In this document: positions 1-10,814 of the stretch, in pieces
How positions within the stretch are numbered: position 1 is the stretch's first letter
Layout: each line of letters begins with the position of its first letter
Assembly: GCF_013315695.1 (NCBI RefSeq)
Contig: NZ_CP054353.1
Direction: 5' to 3' (one strand)
Length of the DNA stretch: 64,000 nt
DNA from: Escherichia coli
Lineage (GTDB): Bacteria; Pseudomonadota; Gammaproteobacteria; Enterobacterales; Enterobacteriaceae
Notes under the pieces: model-generated
The model's database searches: none
What the model saw: the letters and a program-made list of their open reading frames with translations, nothing else
What the model was told of the DNA's origin: nothing
Made by a program: the position numbers and the translations under genes

Positions 1-669
1 TGAACGTTTAGCCGTATCAACCACAGCAATATACTGCTCGTTGGCTTCACGTAACCGACTCATTTTCGCCAACATTTCCGCATAGTAAATACGTGCCTGC
101 GGGCCGGGGTAATAAGAAACAAGCACCTCAAACTCACTTTCCGCATCAGCGTATTTTTCTTGTGCGGCTAACGCTCTGGCAAATAACAAATGCCCGTCTG
201 CCGACTGAAAATCGGGGTTATAACGCATCACATCTTCCAGCGTCTGCTGACAGGCGGCGAACTCCTGAATAGCAAATTGCACCTGCGCCAGGCTTAACAT
301 CATTACCGCTTCATGGGCGAAAATTCCGCTTAACGCCTGCTGATAATGGGGAACGGCTTCGTGATAACGCCCAAGGCGCGCCAGTTCGTTAGCTAACGCA
401 TAATGGTTTTGATTAGTCTCGGCAATCGCCAGCTCTTCGGTTAATTTGTGCAGGTGGCGTTCCGGGCTGATTTTGTCCTGCAGGCGCATCAGCAAAGTAC
501 GCCCGTGACGGTCAGCGCCCGTTTCAGGCAGCATGACCATGACGAAATACGCCACGCAGCCAATCACCGGAAAACAGAAGATAATAAAAATCCAGTATCG
601 CTCTTGTCCGGAGCGATAAGCGTGAATACAGCAAAGCAGTTCAAGCATGACGACAACGGCATAATGCAT
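1..669 (-). CDS. Membrane-anchored TPR-like repeat protein, N-terminal part only (3' end runs off window start)
   Basis: Minus-strand frame open from ATG at 669 to position 1 (not in ORF track because it leaves the window). Hand translation starts MHYAVVVMLELLCCIHAYRSGQERYWIFIIFCFPVIGCVAYFV (hydrophobic helix) followed by TPR-like repeats (LANELARLGRYHEAVPHYQQAL...). Not UgpB-like. Confidence 0.5.
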   Translation of the reverse strand, partial: MHYAVVVMLELLCCIHAYRSGQERYWIFIIFCFPVIGCVAYFVMVMLPETGADRHGRTLLMRLQDKISPERHLHKLTEELAIAETNQNHYALANELARLGRYHEAVPHYQQALSGIFAHEAVMMLSLAQVQFAIQEFAACQQTLEDVMRYNPDFQSADGHLLFARALAAQEKYADAESEFEVLVSYYPGPQARIYYAEMLAKMSRLREANEQYIAVVDTAKRS

Positions 670-753
670 GGGAGGGAACCTTTCCGTGGCAAATAAGTGG
701 TCTGGTTTTAATCCTCCCGGTCAGTTGAAACAAGTCTGTATACGGACGAAGAA

Positions 754-776
754 CCCGGCAGAAGCTGGCTGCCGGG
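754..776 (-). terminator. Hairpin downstream of livF (cccggcag / ctgccggg), candidate terminator
   Basis: Inverted repeat directly 3' of livF stop on minus strand, followed by a partly T-rich tract. Confidence 0.45.
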
Positions 777-787
777 TATTCGATAAT

Positions 788-1501
788 TTACCCGCCTAAA
801 TACGCACTTCTCACCGCTTCGTTTGCCAGCAGCGCATCGCCGGTATCGGAGAGCACCACATGACCGTTTTCCAGCACGTAGCCGCGATCCGCCAGCTTTA
901 GCGCCTGGTTGGCGTTCTGCTCGACGAGGAAGATGGTCATCCCCTGCTCGCGCAGTTGTTCGATGGTGTCGAAAATTTGCTGGATGATAATCGGTGCCAG
1001 CCCGAGCGATGGCTCATCAAGCAGTAGCAAACGCGGGTTACTCATCAAAGCGCGACCAATCGCCAGCATCTGCTGTTCACCGCCGGACATAGTGCCCGCT
1101 CGCTGAACACGGCGCTCATGCAGACGTGGAAACAGTTCGTAGACCCACTTTATGCGCTCCTGGAACTGGTCGCGTTCGGCAAAAAAGCCGCCCATCGCCA
1201 GGTTCTCTTCCACCGTCATCCGCGAGAAGACGCGACGCCCTTCCGGGACAATCGCTACCGCTTCGCGCATGATTTTCGCCGTCTGCCAGTCGGTAATGTC
1301 TTTATCATCAAACACAATTCGCCCGCTGGTGGCGCGCGGATCGCCGCATAACGTGCCGAGCAAGGTGGTTTTCCCCGCCCCGTTCGCGCCAATCAGCGTG
1401 ACAATTTCGCCCTGATTGATATGCAGGCTCACCTCATGCAGCGCCTGGATTTTGCCGTAGTGGGCGCTGACTTTGTCAAAGGACAACATGACTTTTTCCA
1501 T
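788..1501 (-). CDS. livF: Branched-chain amino acid ABC transporter ATP-binding protein LivF
   Basis: ORF 788..1513; start trimmed to MEKVMLSF. Walker A GANGAGKTT; matches remembered LivF (237 aa). Confidence 0.93.
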   Translation of the reverse strand: MEKVMLSFDKVSAHYGKIQALHEVSLHINQGEIVTLIGANGAGKTTLLGTLCGDPRATSGRIVFDDKDITDWQTAKIMREAVAIVPEGRRVFSRMTVEENLAMGGFFAERDQFQERIKWVYELFPRLHERRVQRAGTMSGGEQQMLAIGRALMSNPRLLLLDEPSLGLAPIIIQQIFDTIEQLREQGMTIFLVEQNANQALKLADRGYVLENGHVVLSDTGDALLANEAVRSAYLGG

Positions 1502-1502
1502 C

Positions 1503-2270
1503 TTATGCCTCACCTAAATAGGCTCGGATCACGTCCGGGTTATTACGGATCTGCTCCGGTGTACCGTTTGCCAGCGGCGTCCCCTGGTTGACCACGTAAA
1601 TTCGGTCTGAAATTCCCATCACCAGCTTCATATCGTGTTCAATCAACAAGATAGTGGTGTTGTGATGATTACGCAGTTCGGCAATCAGCTCATCCAGCTC
1701 TTTCGTCTCTTTCGGGTTAAGTCCTGCTGCCGGTTCGTCGAGCATTAAAATCTCCGGCTGCGTCACCATGCAGCGGGCGATCTCCAGACGACGCTGGTCG
1801 CCATAGGCCAGGTTACTCGCCTGACGGTTGGCGTGTTCCAGCAAACCAATGCGCTCAAGCCAGGTGGCGGCGCGGTCGAGCGCTTCGCTCTGGGCGCGAC
1901 GGAAAGAAGGCGTTTTCAACAGGCCGGAGAACAGCCCGGTTTTCAGTTGCTGATGCTGTGCCACCAGCAGGTTTTCAATCACCGTCATTTCACGGAACAG
2001 ACGTACATGCTGGAAGGTGCGCACCACGCCCATGCGGGCAATTTGCTGCCCCGGTAAACCTTCCAGATGCTGATCGCGCAGTAAAATGGTGCCGCCGGTG
2101 GGTTTATAGAATCCGGTCAGGCAGTTGAAGACCGTGGTTTTTCCGGCACCGTTAGGGCCGATTAACGAGACGATCTCCTGCGGGTACAGTTCGAGATTGA
2201 CGTTGTTCACCGCCAGCAGGCCGCCGAAGCGCATCATCAGACCGTTAACAGATAATAATGTCTGACTCAT
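1503..2270 (-). CDS. livG: Branched-chain amino acid ABC transporter ATP-binding protein LivG
   Basis: 255 aa, [17 protein letters not shown]..., Walker [10 protein letters not shown]. Confidence 0.93.
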   Translation of the reverse strand: MSQTLLSVNGLMMRFGGLLAVNNVNLELYPQEIVSLIGPNGAGKTTVFNCLTGFYKPTGGTILLRDQHLEGLPGQQIARMGVVRTFQHVRLFREMTVIENLLVAQHQQLKTGLFSGLLKTPSFRRAQSEALDRAATWLERIGLLEHANRQASNLAYGDQRRLEIARCMVTQPEILMLDEPAAGLNPKETKELDELIAELRNHHNTTILLIEHDMKLVMGISDRIYVVNQGTPLANGTPEQIRNNPDVIRAYLGEA

Positions 2271-3544
2271 GCCTGCTCTCCTTTCGCTGCGCCGTTCTTC
2301 AGCTTGAGTTGCGGGCGCGTCATGGGCAGCAAGCCCTGCGGACGCCAGATCATCATCAGCACCATCAAACCACCAAGCATTAACATGCTGTATTCGTTGA
2401 AATCACGCATCAACTCGCGCGATACCACCAGCAAAACAGCCGCCAGAATCACTGCAAATTGCGAGCCCATACCGCCGAGCACCACTATCGCCAGCACAAA
2501 CGCCGATTCGGCAAAAGTGAAGGATTCAGGGCTGACAAAGCCCTGGCGCGCAGCAAACAACGTTCCGGCAAAACCGGCAAACGCAGCGCTGATGGTAAAG
2601 GCAGTCAGCTTGATACGACGCGGGCTTAAGCCCAGCGAACGGCAGGCGATCTCGTCTTCACGCAACGCTTCCCACGCACGACCCAGCGGCATCCGCAGCA
2701 GGCGGTTAATGACAAACAGGCTTAACACCACCAGCAGCAACGCCACCAGGTAGAGGAAAATGACGCGATCGGAGGGATCGTATTTCAGGCCAAAGAAATT
2801 ACTGAACGTGTCCCAGCCGCCTTCGCGGGCGGTACGGCTGAACTCGAGGCCGAAGAAAGTCGGTTTCGGGATCTGACTAATTCCGTTCGGGCCACCGGTG
2901 ATTTCAGTGTTATTGAGCAGCAAGATGCGCACAATTTCGCCGAAACCGAGGGTAACGATCGCCAGATAGTCGCCACGTAAACGCAACACCGGGAAGCCGA
3001 GCAGGAAGCCCGCCGCCGCCGCCATCAACCCGGCAATCGGCAGACAGGTCCAGAAGCCCAGACCGTAATAGTGATTGAGCAGCGCAAAAGTGTAAGCGCC
3101 GATGGCGTAAAAGCCGCCGTATCCCAGCACCAGCAGACCAGAAAGACCTACCACCACGTTCAGCCCGAGACCGAGAATAATGTAGATCATGGTCAGGGTG
3201 GCGATATCCACCGTCCCACGTGAAACCATAAACGGCCACGCCACCGCAATCACCAGCAGCGCCACGAGAAACAGCTTTTGCTTCACCGTGGAGCCATCAA
3301 TCGCTGGCAGAATAAACTTAGGCCCGGAAACGCTTTTCAGCCCTTTCTGGAAAGCCGGTCGCAAAATCTGGAAGAAAAAGACCACCGCCGTGCCGATAAA
3401 CACCCACTGCCAACGGATGTCTGAAGCCGTGTCGACCACCAGTTTGGTGCCATCCAGCTCCAGTTGCACGCCCATAAAGACGCCAGCGAGGACAAAGAAC
3501 ATCGCGGCAGAGAGCAGCGCCATTGCAATATGCATCGGTTTCAT
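2267..3544 (-). CDS. livM: Branched-chain amino acid ABC transporter permease LivM
   Basis: 425 aa polytopic membrane protein, 4-bp overlap with livG, operon position. Confidence 0.92.
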   Translation of the reverse strand: MKPMHIAMALLSAAMFFVLAGVFMGVQLELDGTKLVVDTASDIRWQWVFIGTAVVFFFQILRPAFQKGLKSVSGPKFILPAIDGSTVKQKLFLVALLVIAVAWPFMVSRGTVDIATLTMIYIILGLGLNVVVGLSGLLVLGYGGFYAIGAYTFALLNHYYGLGFWTCLPIAGLMAAAAGFLLGFPVLRLRGDYLAIVTLGFGEIVRILLLNNTEITGGPNGISQIPKPTFFGLEFSRTAREGGWDTFSNFFGLKYDPSDRVIFLYLVALLLVVLSLFVINRLLRMPLGRAWEALREDEIACRSLGLSPRRIKLTAFTISAAFAGFAGTLFAARQGFVSPESFTFAESAFVLAIVVLGGMGSQFAVILAAVLLVVSRELMRDFNEYSMLMLGGLMVLMMIWRPQGLLPMTRPQLKLKNGAAKGEQA

Positions 3545-4467
3545 ACTTTCTCTACCTCCGGGCGACCCAGAATACCGGTCGGCATCACCAGCAACACCAG
3601 AATCAGCAGGGCGAATGAGACCACATCTTTATATTCCGTACTCAGATAGGCAGAAGAGAGCGCCTCCGCAATCCCCAGAATCAGGCCGCCAATCATCGCT
3701 CCCGGAATGCTGCCAATCCCACCGAGCACCGCAGCGGTAAAGGCTTTCATCCCGGCCATAAAGCCGATGTAGGGGTTAATTACGCCGTAGAACTGACCGA
3801 GCAGCACACCCGCCACCGCCGCCATCGCCGCGCCAATCACAAAGGTCAGCGCAATCACCCGATCGGTGTTGATGCCAAGCAGGCTCGCCATTTTCAGATC
3901 TTCCGCGCAGGCACGACAGGCGCGCCCCATGCGGGAATAGCGAATGAAAATCGTCAGCGCCAGCATGGCGAGGAAAGTAACAATCCAGATCACCGCCTGC
4001 ATGGTGGTAATAGAGGCAGAGAAGTTTTCGCTATGGCCCACCACCCACTGACCGTTAAACAGGCTCGGCAGCGCCACGTCGCGCGAACCTTCGGTCAGGC
4101 TGACGTAGTTTTGCAGGAAGATAGACATGCCGATTGCGGAAATAAGCGCAATCAGGCGCTTAGAGTTACGCACCGGGCGATAGGCCACCCGTTCGATACT
4201 CCAGCCGTAGGCGCTGGCAATGACGATTGCGCCAACGAATCCCGCCGCCACCAGCAGCCAGCCGGTATCAATTCCCAGCATCATCAGTGCAGCGATGATC
4301 ATAAAGGAGACGTAGCTGCCGATCATATAAACCTCACCGTGGGCGAAGTTGATCATGCCGATAATGCCGTAAACCATGGTGTAGCCGATGGCTATCAGCG
4401 CGTAGGTACTGCCCAGCGTGACGCCGTTAAACATCTGCTGCAAGAAATACAAAAACTGCTCAGACAT
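3541..4467 (-). CDS. livH: Branched-chain amino acid ABC transporter permease LivH
   Basis: 308 aa membrane protein, operon position. Confidence 0.92.
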   Translation of the reverse strand: MSEQFLYFLQQMFNGVTLGSTYALIAIGYTMVYGIIGMINFAHGEVYMIGSYVSFMIIAALMMLGIDTGWLLVAAGFVGAIVIASAYGWSIERVAYRPVRNSKRLIALISAIGMSIFLQNYVSLTEGSRDVALPSLFNGQWVVGHSENFSASITTMQAVIWIVTFLAMLALTIFIRYSRMGRACRACAEDLKMASLLGINTDRVIALTFVIGAAMAAVAGVLLGQFYGVINPYIGFMAGMKAFTAAVLGGIGSIPGAMIGGLILGIAEALSSAYLSTEYKDVVSFALLILVLLVMPTGILGRPEVEKV

Positions 4468-4514
4468 AAGGTAACCTTTCTAAACCCGCCCGTTTTTCAC
4501 GGGCAGTGGGATGA

Positions 4515-5624
4515 TCACTTGGCTGCCGTGGATGAACCGTCGGCGTGCCACTGGAAGACACCAAAATCAAATCCCTTAAGATCGCCTTTTTCATCCCAGT
4601 TCAGCGGCCCAATTACGGTGTTTGCACCGTTAGCTTTTAAATCTTTCACCAGCGCCAGCGGCTCATCGCTGCCGGTACGCTCAAGTGCAGTCGCCAGAGA
4701 TTGCACCGCCGCGTAAGTGATCCAGACATATGGCCCGGACGGATCTTTCTTGTCTGCTTTCAGCGCATCAACGATGTCCTGATTTGCCGGATCCTGGTCA
4801 TAGCGTTTTGGCATAGTGACCAACATGCCTTCGGCAGCATCGCCAGCAATATTCGACAACGACGCATTACCCACACCTTCCGGCCCCATAAACTGGGTTT
4901 TCAGGCCAACGGAACGGGCCTGGCGCAGCATCTGCCCCATTTCCGGGTAGTAACCGCCGTAGTAAACGAAGTCGATGTTTTCTTTTTTCAGGCGGGCGAT
5001 CAGCGCGGAGAAATCTTTCTCTCCAGCGGTAATGCCGTCGAAGAAGACGACGTTGGCGTTAGCCGCTTTCAGCCCGTCCTGCACCGAACGTGCCAGTCCT
5101 TCGCCATACTGTTGTTTGTCGTGAATGATGGCGATGCGCTGGGGCTTCACCGTCTCAAGAATGTATTTTGCCGCCGTTGGCCCCTGGGAAGAGTCCAGCC
5201 CGGCAGTACGCATGATGTATTGATAACCGCGTTGGGTCAGCTCCGGATTGGTCGCTCCCGGCGAGATCATCAGAATACCTTCGTCTTCATAGATATCTGA
5301 TGCAGGTTGGGTAGAGGAGGAACACAGATGACCAATAACATATTTAATGCCGTCGTTAACGATTTTGTTGGCGACCGCAACGGCTTGTTTCGGGTCGCAG
5401 GCGTCGTCATATTCCACGCCAACCAGTTTATCGCCCTTAATTCCCCCTTTGGCATTAATGTCTTTAATTGCCTGACGCGCGCCGTTAAATTCCATATCGC
5501 CCCACTGGGCAATCGGGCCGGACATCGCGCCGACAACGGCGACTTTAATATCGTCAGCCATAGCGGTGTGTGAAATTGTCAGTGCAATCATCCCTGCGAT
5601 GATAGTTTTCGCATTCCGTTTCAT
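4515..5624 (-). CDS. livK: Leucine-specific periplasmic binding protein LivK
   Basis: ORF 4515..5678; start moved to [15 protein letters not shown] (signal peptide). Paralogue of livJ. Confidence 0.9.
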   Translation of the reverse strand: MKRNAKTIIAGMIALTISHTAMADDIKVAVVGAMSGPIAQWGDMEFNGARQAIKDINAKGGIKGDKLVGVEYDDACDPKQAVAVANKIVNDGIKYVIGHLCSSSTQPASDIYEDEGILMISPGATNPELTQRGYQYIMRTAGLDSSQGPTAAKYILETVKPQRIAIIHDKQQYGEGLARSVQDGLKAANANVVFFDGITAGEKDFSALIARLKKENIDFVYYGGYYPEMGQMLRQARSVGLKTQFMGPEGVGNASLSNIAGDAAEGMLVTMPKRYDQDPANQDIVDALKADKKDPSGPYVWITYAAVQSLATALERTGSDEPLALVKDLKANGANTVIGPLNWDEKGDLKGFDFGVFQWHADGSSTAAK

Positions 5625-6047
5625 AGTCAAAAATCCCCATTCGTGATGTTGTGTTGCTTTGTTTTTATGTGTTAACAAATCAGACTGTTCTTTTTTTATA
5701 CTGCACTGTTTTTACCTGTCTGATTAAGGGTTTAGCGCAGTACTTTGTGATGATAGCGATTAAAACCCCTATTTTTCAGTCGATTAATAACAGATAATAT
5801 TCTGAATTTATTGATAGATAAACAGAAAAAAGCGCCGTTGTCAGCATAAAATAACGGTACAAAGGGCAGAATAATTCACTACCATTTAGGGGATTATGCT
5901 GGATATTTTTCATTCTCTAATGTTTTAACTTTGTAATTATTGCTGAAAAAAAATTAATCACCTGCCAAAAGAAATAAAAAAGAGAAAGCCTCCGATTAAA
6001 TTATTTCGCTACACTGGTTCCACTTTTGTGATTTACACGGGTTCCCC

Positions 6048-6431
6048 ATGAAGCTGACCATCATTCGATTAGAAAACTTTAGCGACCAGGACCGGATTGA
6101 CCTGCAAAAGATCTGGCCGGAATATTCCCCTTCCTCTTTACAGGTTGACGATAACCACCGCATCTACGCCGCGCGTTTTAACGAGCGCCTGCTCGCGGCC
6201 GTGCGGGTAACCTTAAGCGGCACTGAGGGGGCACTGGATTCCCTGCGCGTGCGGGAAGTCACCCGCCGTCGCGGTGTGGGGCAATATCTGCTGGAAGAGG
6301 TTTTGCGTACCAATCCTGGCGTTTCATGTTGGTGGATGGCGGATGCTGGCGTGGAAGATCGCGGCGTGATGACGGCGTTTATGCGAGCACTGGGATTTAC
6401 GGCACAACAGGGTGGCTGGGAGAAGCGTTAA
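6048..6431 (+). CDS. panM: PanD maturation factor PanM/PanZ (GNAT fold)
   Basis: 127 aa, MKLTIIRLENFSDQDRIDLQKIW..., K-12 position between livK and livJ. Confidence 0.88.
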   Translation: MKLTIIRLENFSDQDRIDLQKIWPEYSPSSLQVDDNHRIYAARFNERLLAAVRVTLSGTEGALDSLRVREVTRRRGVGQYLLEEVLRTNPGVSCWWMADAGVEDRGVMTAFMRALGFTAQQGGWEKR

Positions 6432-6460
6432 TCGTCAAGTTTGATTTCACAAGTGATATT

Positions 6461-6560
<100 letters not shown>

Positions 6561-6618
6561 TGAAGCAACGTACTCGATATTAGCAATTTGGCGGCAACCC
6601 AAAGTTGCCGATTAATGA

Positions 6619-7722
6619 TTACTTCGCATCGGTCGCCGTGCCGTTGGCGTGCCAGTCAAATACGCCGAACTCAAAGCCTTTCAGATCGCCTTTCTCATCC
6701 CAGCTAAGCGGCCCCATCACCGTATCAACCGAGTTCGCTTTCAGGTATTTAGCGATCTCCGCCGGATCGTCAGACTGATTCAGCCCCGCTTGCAAAGATT
6801 GCAGCGCGGCGTAGGTGGTCCAGACGAACGCGCCGCTTGGGTCCTGTTTTTTCGCTTTGATCGCGTCAACAATCGGTTTGTTCGCCGGAACCTGATCGTA
6901 GTTCTTCGGCTTGGTCACCAGCAGCCCTTCCGCTGATTCGCCTGCAATGTTAGACAGCGAGACGTTAGCCACGCCTTCCGGCCCCATAAACTGAGTTTTC
7001 AACCCTGCCGCGCGTGCCTGACGCAGGATTTGCCCCATTTCCGGGTGATAACCACCGTAGTAAACGAAGTCGATATTCTCTTTCTTCAAACGCGCCACCA
7101 GGGTAGAGAAATCTTTTTCCCCAGCGGTGATACCATCAAAGAACACCACGTTAGCATTGCCTTTCTTCAGGCCGTCCTGCACCGCACGCGCCAGACCTTC
7201 GCCGTACTGCTGTTTGTCGTGGACGATAGCAATACGCTGCGGTTTCACTTTCTCAAGAATATATTTCGCCGCCGTCGGCCCCTGGTCGGAGTCCAGGCCG
7301 GTAGTGCGCAGGATCAGCTGATAGCCACGGGCGGTCAGCTCTGGCGCGGTTGCCGCTGGGGTGATCATTAAAATGCCTTCATCTTCATAGATGTCTGACG
7401 CTGGCTGCGTTGATGAAGAACAGAGGTGACCAATCACATATTTAATGCCGTCGTTAACGACTTTGTTCGCCACCGCAACCGCCTGTTTCGGGTCACAGGC
7501 ATCGTCATATTTCACGATTTGCAGTTTGTTGCCTTTGATACCACCTTTAGCATTGATATCCGCAACCGCCTGCTCAGCACCAGTAAACTCCTGGTCACCG
7601 TACTGCGCCACCGGACCGGACATTGCGCCTACGACGGCGACTTTAATATCTTCTGCCAGAGCCATATTGCTGAATGCCAGCGCGATACATCCTGCCAGTA
7701 ACGCTTTACCCTTTATGTTCAT
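6619..7722 (-). CDS. livJ: Leu/Ile/Val periplasmic binding protein LivJ
   Basis: ORF 6619..7821; start trimmed to [23 protein letters not shown] (signal peptide); 367 aa. Confidence 0.9.
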   Translation of the reverse strand: MNIKGKALLAGCIALAFSNMALAEDIKVAVVGAMSGPVAQYGDQEFTGAEQAVADINAKGGIKGNKLQIVKYDDACDPKQAVAVANKVVNDGIKYVIGHLCSSSTQPASDIYEDEGILMITPAATAPELTARGYQLILRTTGLDSDQGPTAAKYILEKVKPQRIAIVHDKQQYGEGLARAVQDGLKKGNANVVFFDGITAGEKDFSTLVARLKKENIDFVYYGGYHPEMGQILRQARAAGLKTQFMGPEGVANVSLSNIAGESAEGLLVTKPKNYDQVPANKPIVDAIKAKKQDPSGAFVWTTYAALQSLQAGLNQSDDPAEIAKYLKANSVDTVMGPLSWDEKGDLKGFEFGVFDWHANGTATDAK

Positions 7723-7940
7723 CCTGAGAATCCCCACTCTTCTGGTTATTACGTGTGTTGTGATGTTGTTGTGCAGCACTTTATTTCGTTTTATACGTAG
7801 CCACCCGTGCTTTAGCAGCATACTCTGCTAAAACATACCCCATTTTTATGATATTGGAATAGCTATTTTGACAGTTTATTAACAATCTGCGTGGGGATTG
7901 GCGTTTTGCCGGAGGGGGAAACTGATTATTGTAGAGGCCC

Positions 7941-7972
7941 AAAAAACAAAAACCCCGGACTCTCATCCAGGG
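7941..7972 (-). terminator. Rho-independent terminator of rpoH
   Basis: Hairpin ccccgga / tccaggg followed on minus strand by TTTTTGTTTTTT. Confidence 0.6.
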
Positions 7973-7993
7973 TTCTCTGCTTAATAGCGGAAA

Positions 7994-8848
7994 TTACGCT
8001 TCAATGGCAGCGCGCAATTTTTTCATCGCGTTCTTTTCCAGCTGACGCACACGCTCAGCGGAAACACCGTAACGGTCAGCCAGTTCCTGCAACGTGGACT
8101 TGTTGTCTTCGTCCAGCCAGCGCGCGCGGATGATATCCTGGCTACGCTCGTCCAGACCTTGCATCGCGTCGGTCAGACGGTTTGCCGCCTGCTCTTCCCA
8201 GTTATCATCTTCGATGCCGTCAGCAAAGTTAGATGATTTATCCTGCAGATAGAGCACCGGAGCCATCGGCTGGCTGTCGGAATCGTCATCGGAAGACAGG
8301 TCAAAGGTCATGTCCTGTGCCGCCATACGCGATTCCATCTCACGTACGTCTTTGCTGGTTACGCCCAGTTCACGGGCCACCATTTCGACTTCATCCTGAT
8401 TAAACCAGCCCAGACGCTGCTTGGTTTTACGCAGGTTGAAGAACAGTTTGCGCTGCGCTTTGGTGGTCGCAACTTTGACGATACGCCAGTTGCGCAGAAC
8501 GTATTCGTGGATCTCTGCTTTGATCCAGTGAACGGCGAAGGAGACCAGGCGCACACCCACTTCCGGGTTAAAACGGCGCACTGCTTTCATCAGGCCGATG
8601 TTACCTTCCTGAATCAAATCCGCCTGTGGCAGGCCATAGCCCGCATAATTACGAGCAATATGAACAACAAACCGCAGGTGAGACAGGATCAGCGTTTTAG
8701 CTGCTTCCAGATCGCCATGGTAATGCAGCTTTTCAGCCAGCGCCCGCTCCTCGTCAGCCGACAACATCGGCCACGCGTTAGCTGCCCGGATGTAGGAATC
8801 CAGGTTGCCAACTGGGGCTAAAGCTAAACTTTGCATTTTGTCAGTCAT
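7994..8848 (-). CDS. rpoH: RNA polymerase sigma-32 (heat-shock sigma factor)
   Basis: 284 aa, [43 protein letters not shown]... Confidence 0.96.
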   Translation of the reverse strand: MTDKMQSLALAPVGNLDSYIRAANAWPMLSADEERALAEKLHYHGDLEAAKTLILSHLRFVVHIARNYAGYGLPQADLIQEGNIGLMKAVRRFNPEVGVRLVSFAVHWIKAEIHEYVLRNWRIVKVATTKAQRKLFFNLRKTKQRLGWFNQDEVEMVARELGVTSKDVREMESRMAAQDMTFDLSSDDDSDSQPMAPVLYLQDKSSNFADGIEDDNWEEQAANRLTDAMQGLDERSQDIIRARWLDEDNKSTLQELADRYGVSAERVRQLEKNAMKKLRAAIEA

Positions 8849-8941
8849 TCAAATCCTCTCAATCGATATCTTCTGGCGCTTCAGTGGTAGCAACAACTGT
8901 GCCAGAGCTTAAGAGCAACGAGGTTATCATTCACTGTTTTA

Positions 8942-8968
8942 TCAGACAGTGATTTTATCCACAAGTTC
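8942..8968 (-). promoter_or_regulatory. Sigma-E-type promoter upstream of rpoH (GAACTT-N16-TCTGA)
   Basis: On minus strand GAACTT (8968..8963), 16-nt spacer, TCTGA (8946..8942); matches the sigma-E consensus and the known rpoH P3 arrangement. Confidence 0.6.
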
Positions 8969-9092
8969 AATGCAACGCTGTGAATAAATTACGCACAAAA
9001 TGTGACATAGAGATGAAATACCGGGAAGAGACAACGGGGTCTCTTTCCCTGCTACGGAACCCATTGCAGGGAAAGAGTATAACACGCTTTTA

Positions 9093-10151
9093 TTATTCAG
9101 GCGTAAAGTGGCGTAAATGTTGTACCGTGGCAAGCCACGCTGCCACCCAGCCAATCATCGAGCATACCAGCAGCAATAGCAGGCATTCATCGAACGATAA
9201 GCCATTGATATCAAACTTTGTTCCGAAAACCTGTGCCACTTCCGCAACCGCCGATGACAAACGCAGTACCAGAATTTCTGACAAAATTAGTGACAACAAT
9301 GCGCCAGAAAATCCCAGCAGTGCGCCACCGTACAGGAACGGGCGCAGGATGAAACCATCCGTCGCACCAATCAGTTTCTGCACGTTAATGGAGTCACGGC
9401 GAGCAAAGATACTCAGGCGCACACTGTTACCGATGACGAGGAACACTGCCGCCACCATCAACACGCCGATCATCGCGGAAACGCGCCCGACCAGCCCGGT
9501 TAACGCCGCCAGACGGGCAAACCAGCTGTCATCCATCCGCACTTCGTCAATGCCGTTGATCTGGGTGATACGATCACGCAGCGTATTCAGTGATTCCGTC
9601 CCCTGAAAATCGAGTTTCGGGATCACCACCGCCACTGCCGGAAGCGGGTTTTCTTCCAGCATATCCAGCGCACCACCAAAACCAGACCAGTTACGGAACT
9701 CGCCCAGTGCGTCTTCACGAGAAAGATAATTCACTTTCTCCACGCCTTGCTCAGCCTGCAACTGTGCCACCACGCCCGCAGCGGCGTCATCATCCAGCGT
9801 TTTTTGCAGATAAACAGTGATTTGCGGTGACGGATAATATTGCGTCGCCGCCTGGTTAACGTTTTTGTACACCATATAACAGACGCTGGGCAGCGTCAGG
9901 GAGATGGCGATAACCATCACCGTTAAAAACGTGGCGAACGGTTTGCTTTTCAGATCTTGCAATGCGCCGTGGAAGGCATAGCGCACCTGTTCGTTGAAAA
10001 CGTTGGTTTTGCGATTTACCGGTTTTGGCGAGGATTTCGCACGTTTCGGCGCGTTACGACCGCCGTCGCCAGAGCCGCCGACCGATTTACGGAAGCGATC
10101 CAGACGCCCGCCAAACTGCCGAATATGATTGATTGCATCGCGCTTATTCAT
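9093..10151 (-). CDS. ftsX: Cell division ABC transporter permease-like protein FtsX
   Basis: ORF 9093..10178; start trimmed to [15 protein letters not shown] (352 aa). Confidence 0.93.
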
Positions 10152-10812
10152 GGCCCACGCCTCCATGCAAGTGACCATCGCTCAGGGTGAGCATGCGATA
10201 GGAACGCCGCGAGATCAGGTTGATGTCGTGCGTTGCCATCAATACGGTTACCCCAACGCGGTTAAACTCTTCAAACAGCCGTAGAATCCCTTCCGACAAC
10301 GCGTCGTCCAGGTTACCGGTCGGTTCGTCCGCCAGCAATACCGCGGGCTTGTTCACCACCGCGCGGGCAATGCCAACACGCTGTTGTTCACCGCCCGAAA
10401 GCTGAATAGGGAAGTTCTTCGCTTTGTCCAGTAGCCCGACTTTATCCAGCGCCGCCGACACCCGGCGACGAATATCGTCACCGCTGGCACCGGCGATAAT
10501 CAGCGGGATCGCCACGTTATCGTAGACGGTACGGTCCATCAGCAGATGGTGATCCTGAAAAATCATACCGATCTGACGACGCAGAAATGGCACCTCGCGA
10601 TTTTTCAGTCGCGTGATGTCATGGCCGCTAAACCAGATTTTCCCAGCACTGGGCCGCTCAATCCCACAAATCAGCTTCAGGAGGGTACTTTTCCCTGCGC
10701 CGGAATGACCGGTCAGAAACGCCATCTCACCCGGCTGCATATGGAACGTCACGCCCTGCAGCGCTTGCCTCCCACCGAGATAAGCCTTGCTGACATGTTC
10801 AAAGCGAATCAT
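10144..10812 (-). CDS. ftsE: Cell division ATP-binding protein FtsE
   Basis: 222 aa, Walker [13 protein letters not shown] signature LSGGEQQR. Confidence 0.95.
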
Positions 10813-10814
10813 TG

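Noticed and set aside
448-696. 82-aa plus-strand ORF in the region upstream of livF
   Set aside because: Lies antisense to a longer, more protein-like minus-strand ORF (membrane helix plus TPR repeats); its translation has no recognisable features.
909-4716. Multiple 60-230-aa ORFs antisense or out of frame within livF, livG, livM, livH (e.g. 909..1106, 1152..1415, 2304..2753, 3189..3740, 4033..4716)
   Set aside because: Fully embedded in well-supported transporter genes; typical spurious ORFs in GC-balanced enterobacterial DNA.
5625-5678. N-terminal extensions in the ORF track for livK, livJ, ftsX, dcrB, yhhS, yhhT, yhiM, prlC, rlmJ, rsmJ, yhiL and yhhJ
   Set aside because: Internal start codons give canonical signal peptides or N-termini and have SD sequences; the extensions overlap upstream genes or lack an RBS.
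8980-9606. 208-aa plus-strand ORF overlapping ftsX
   Set aside because: Antisense to ftsX; low-complexity translation; no RBS.
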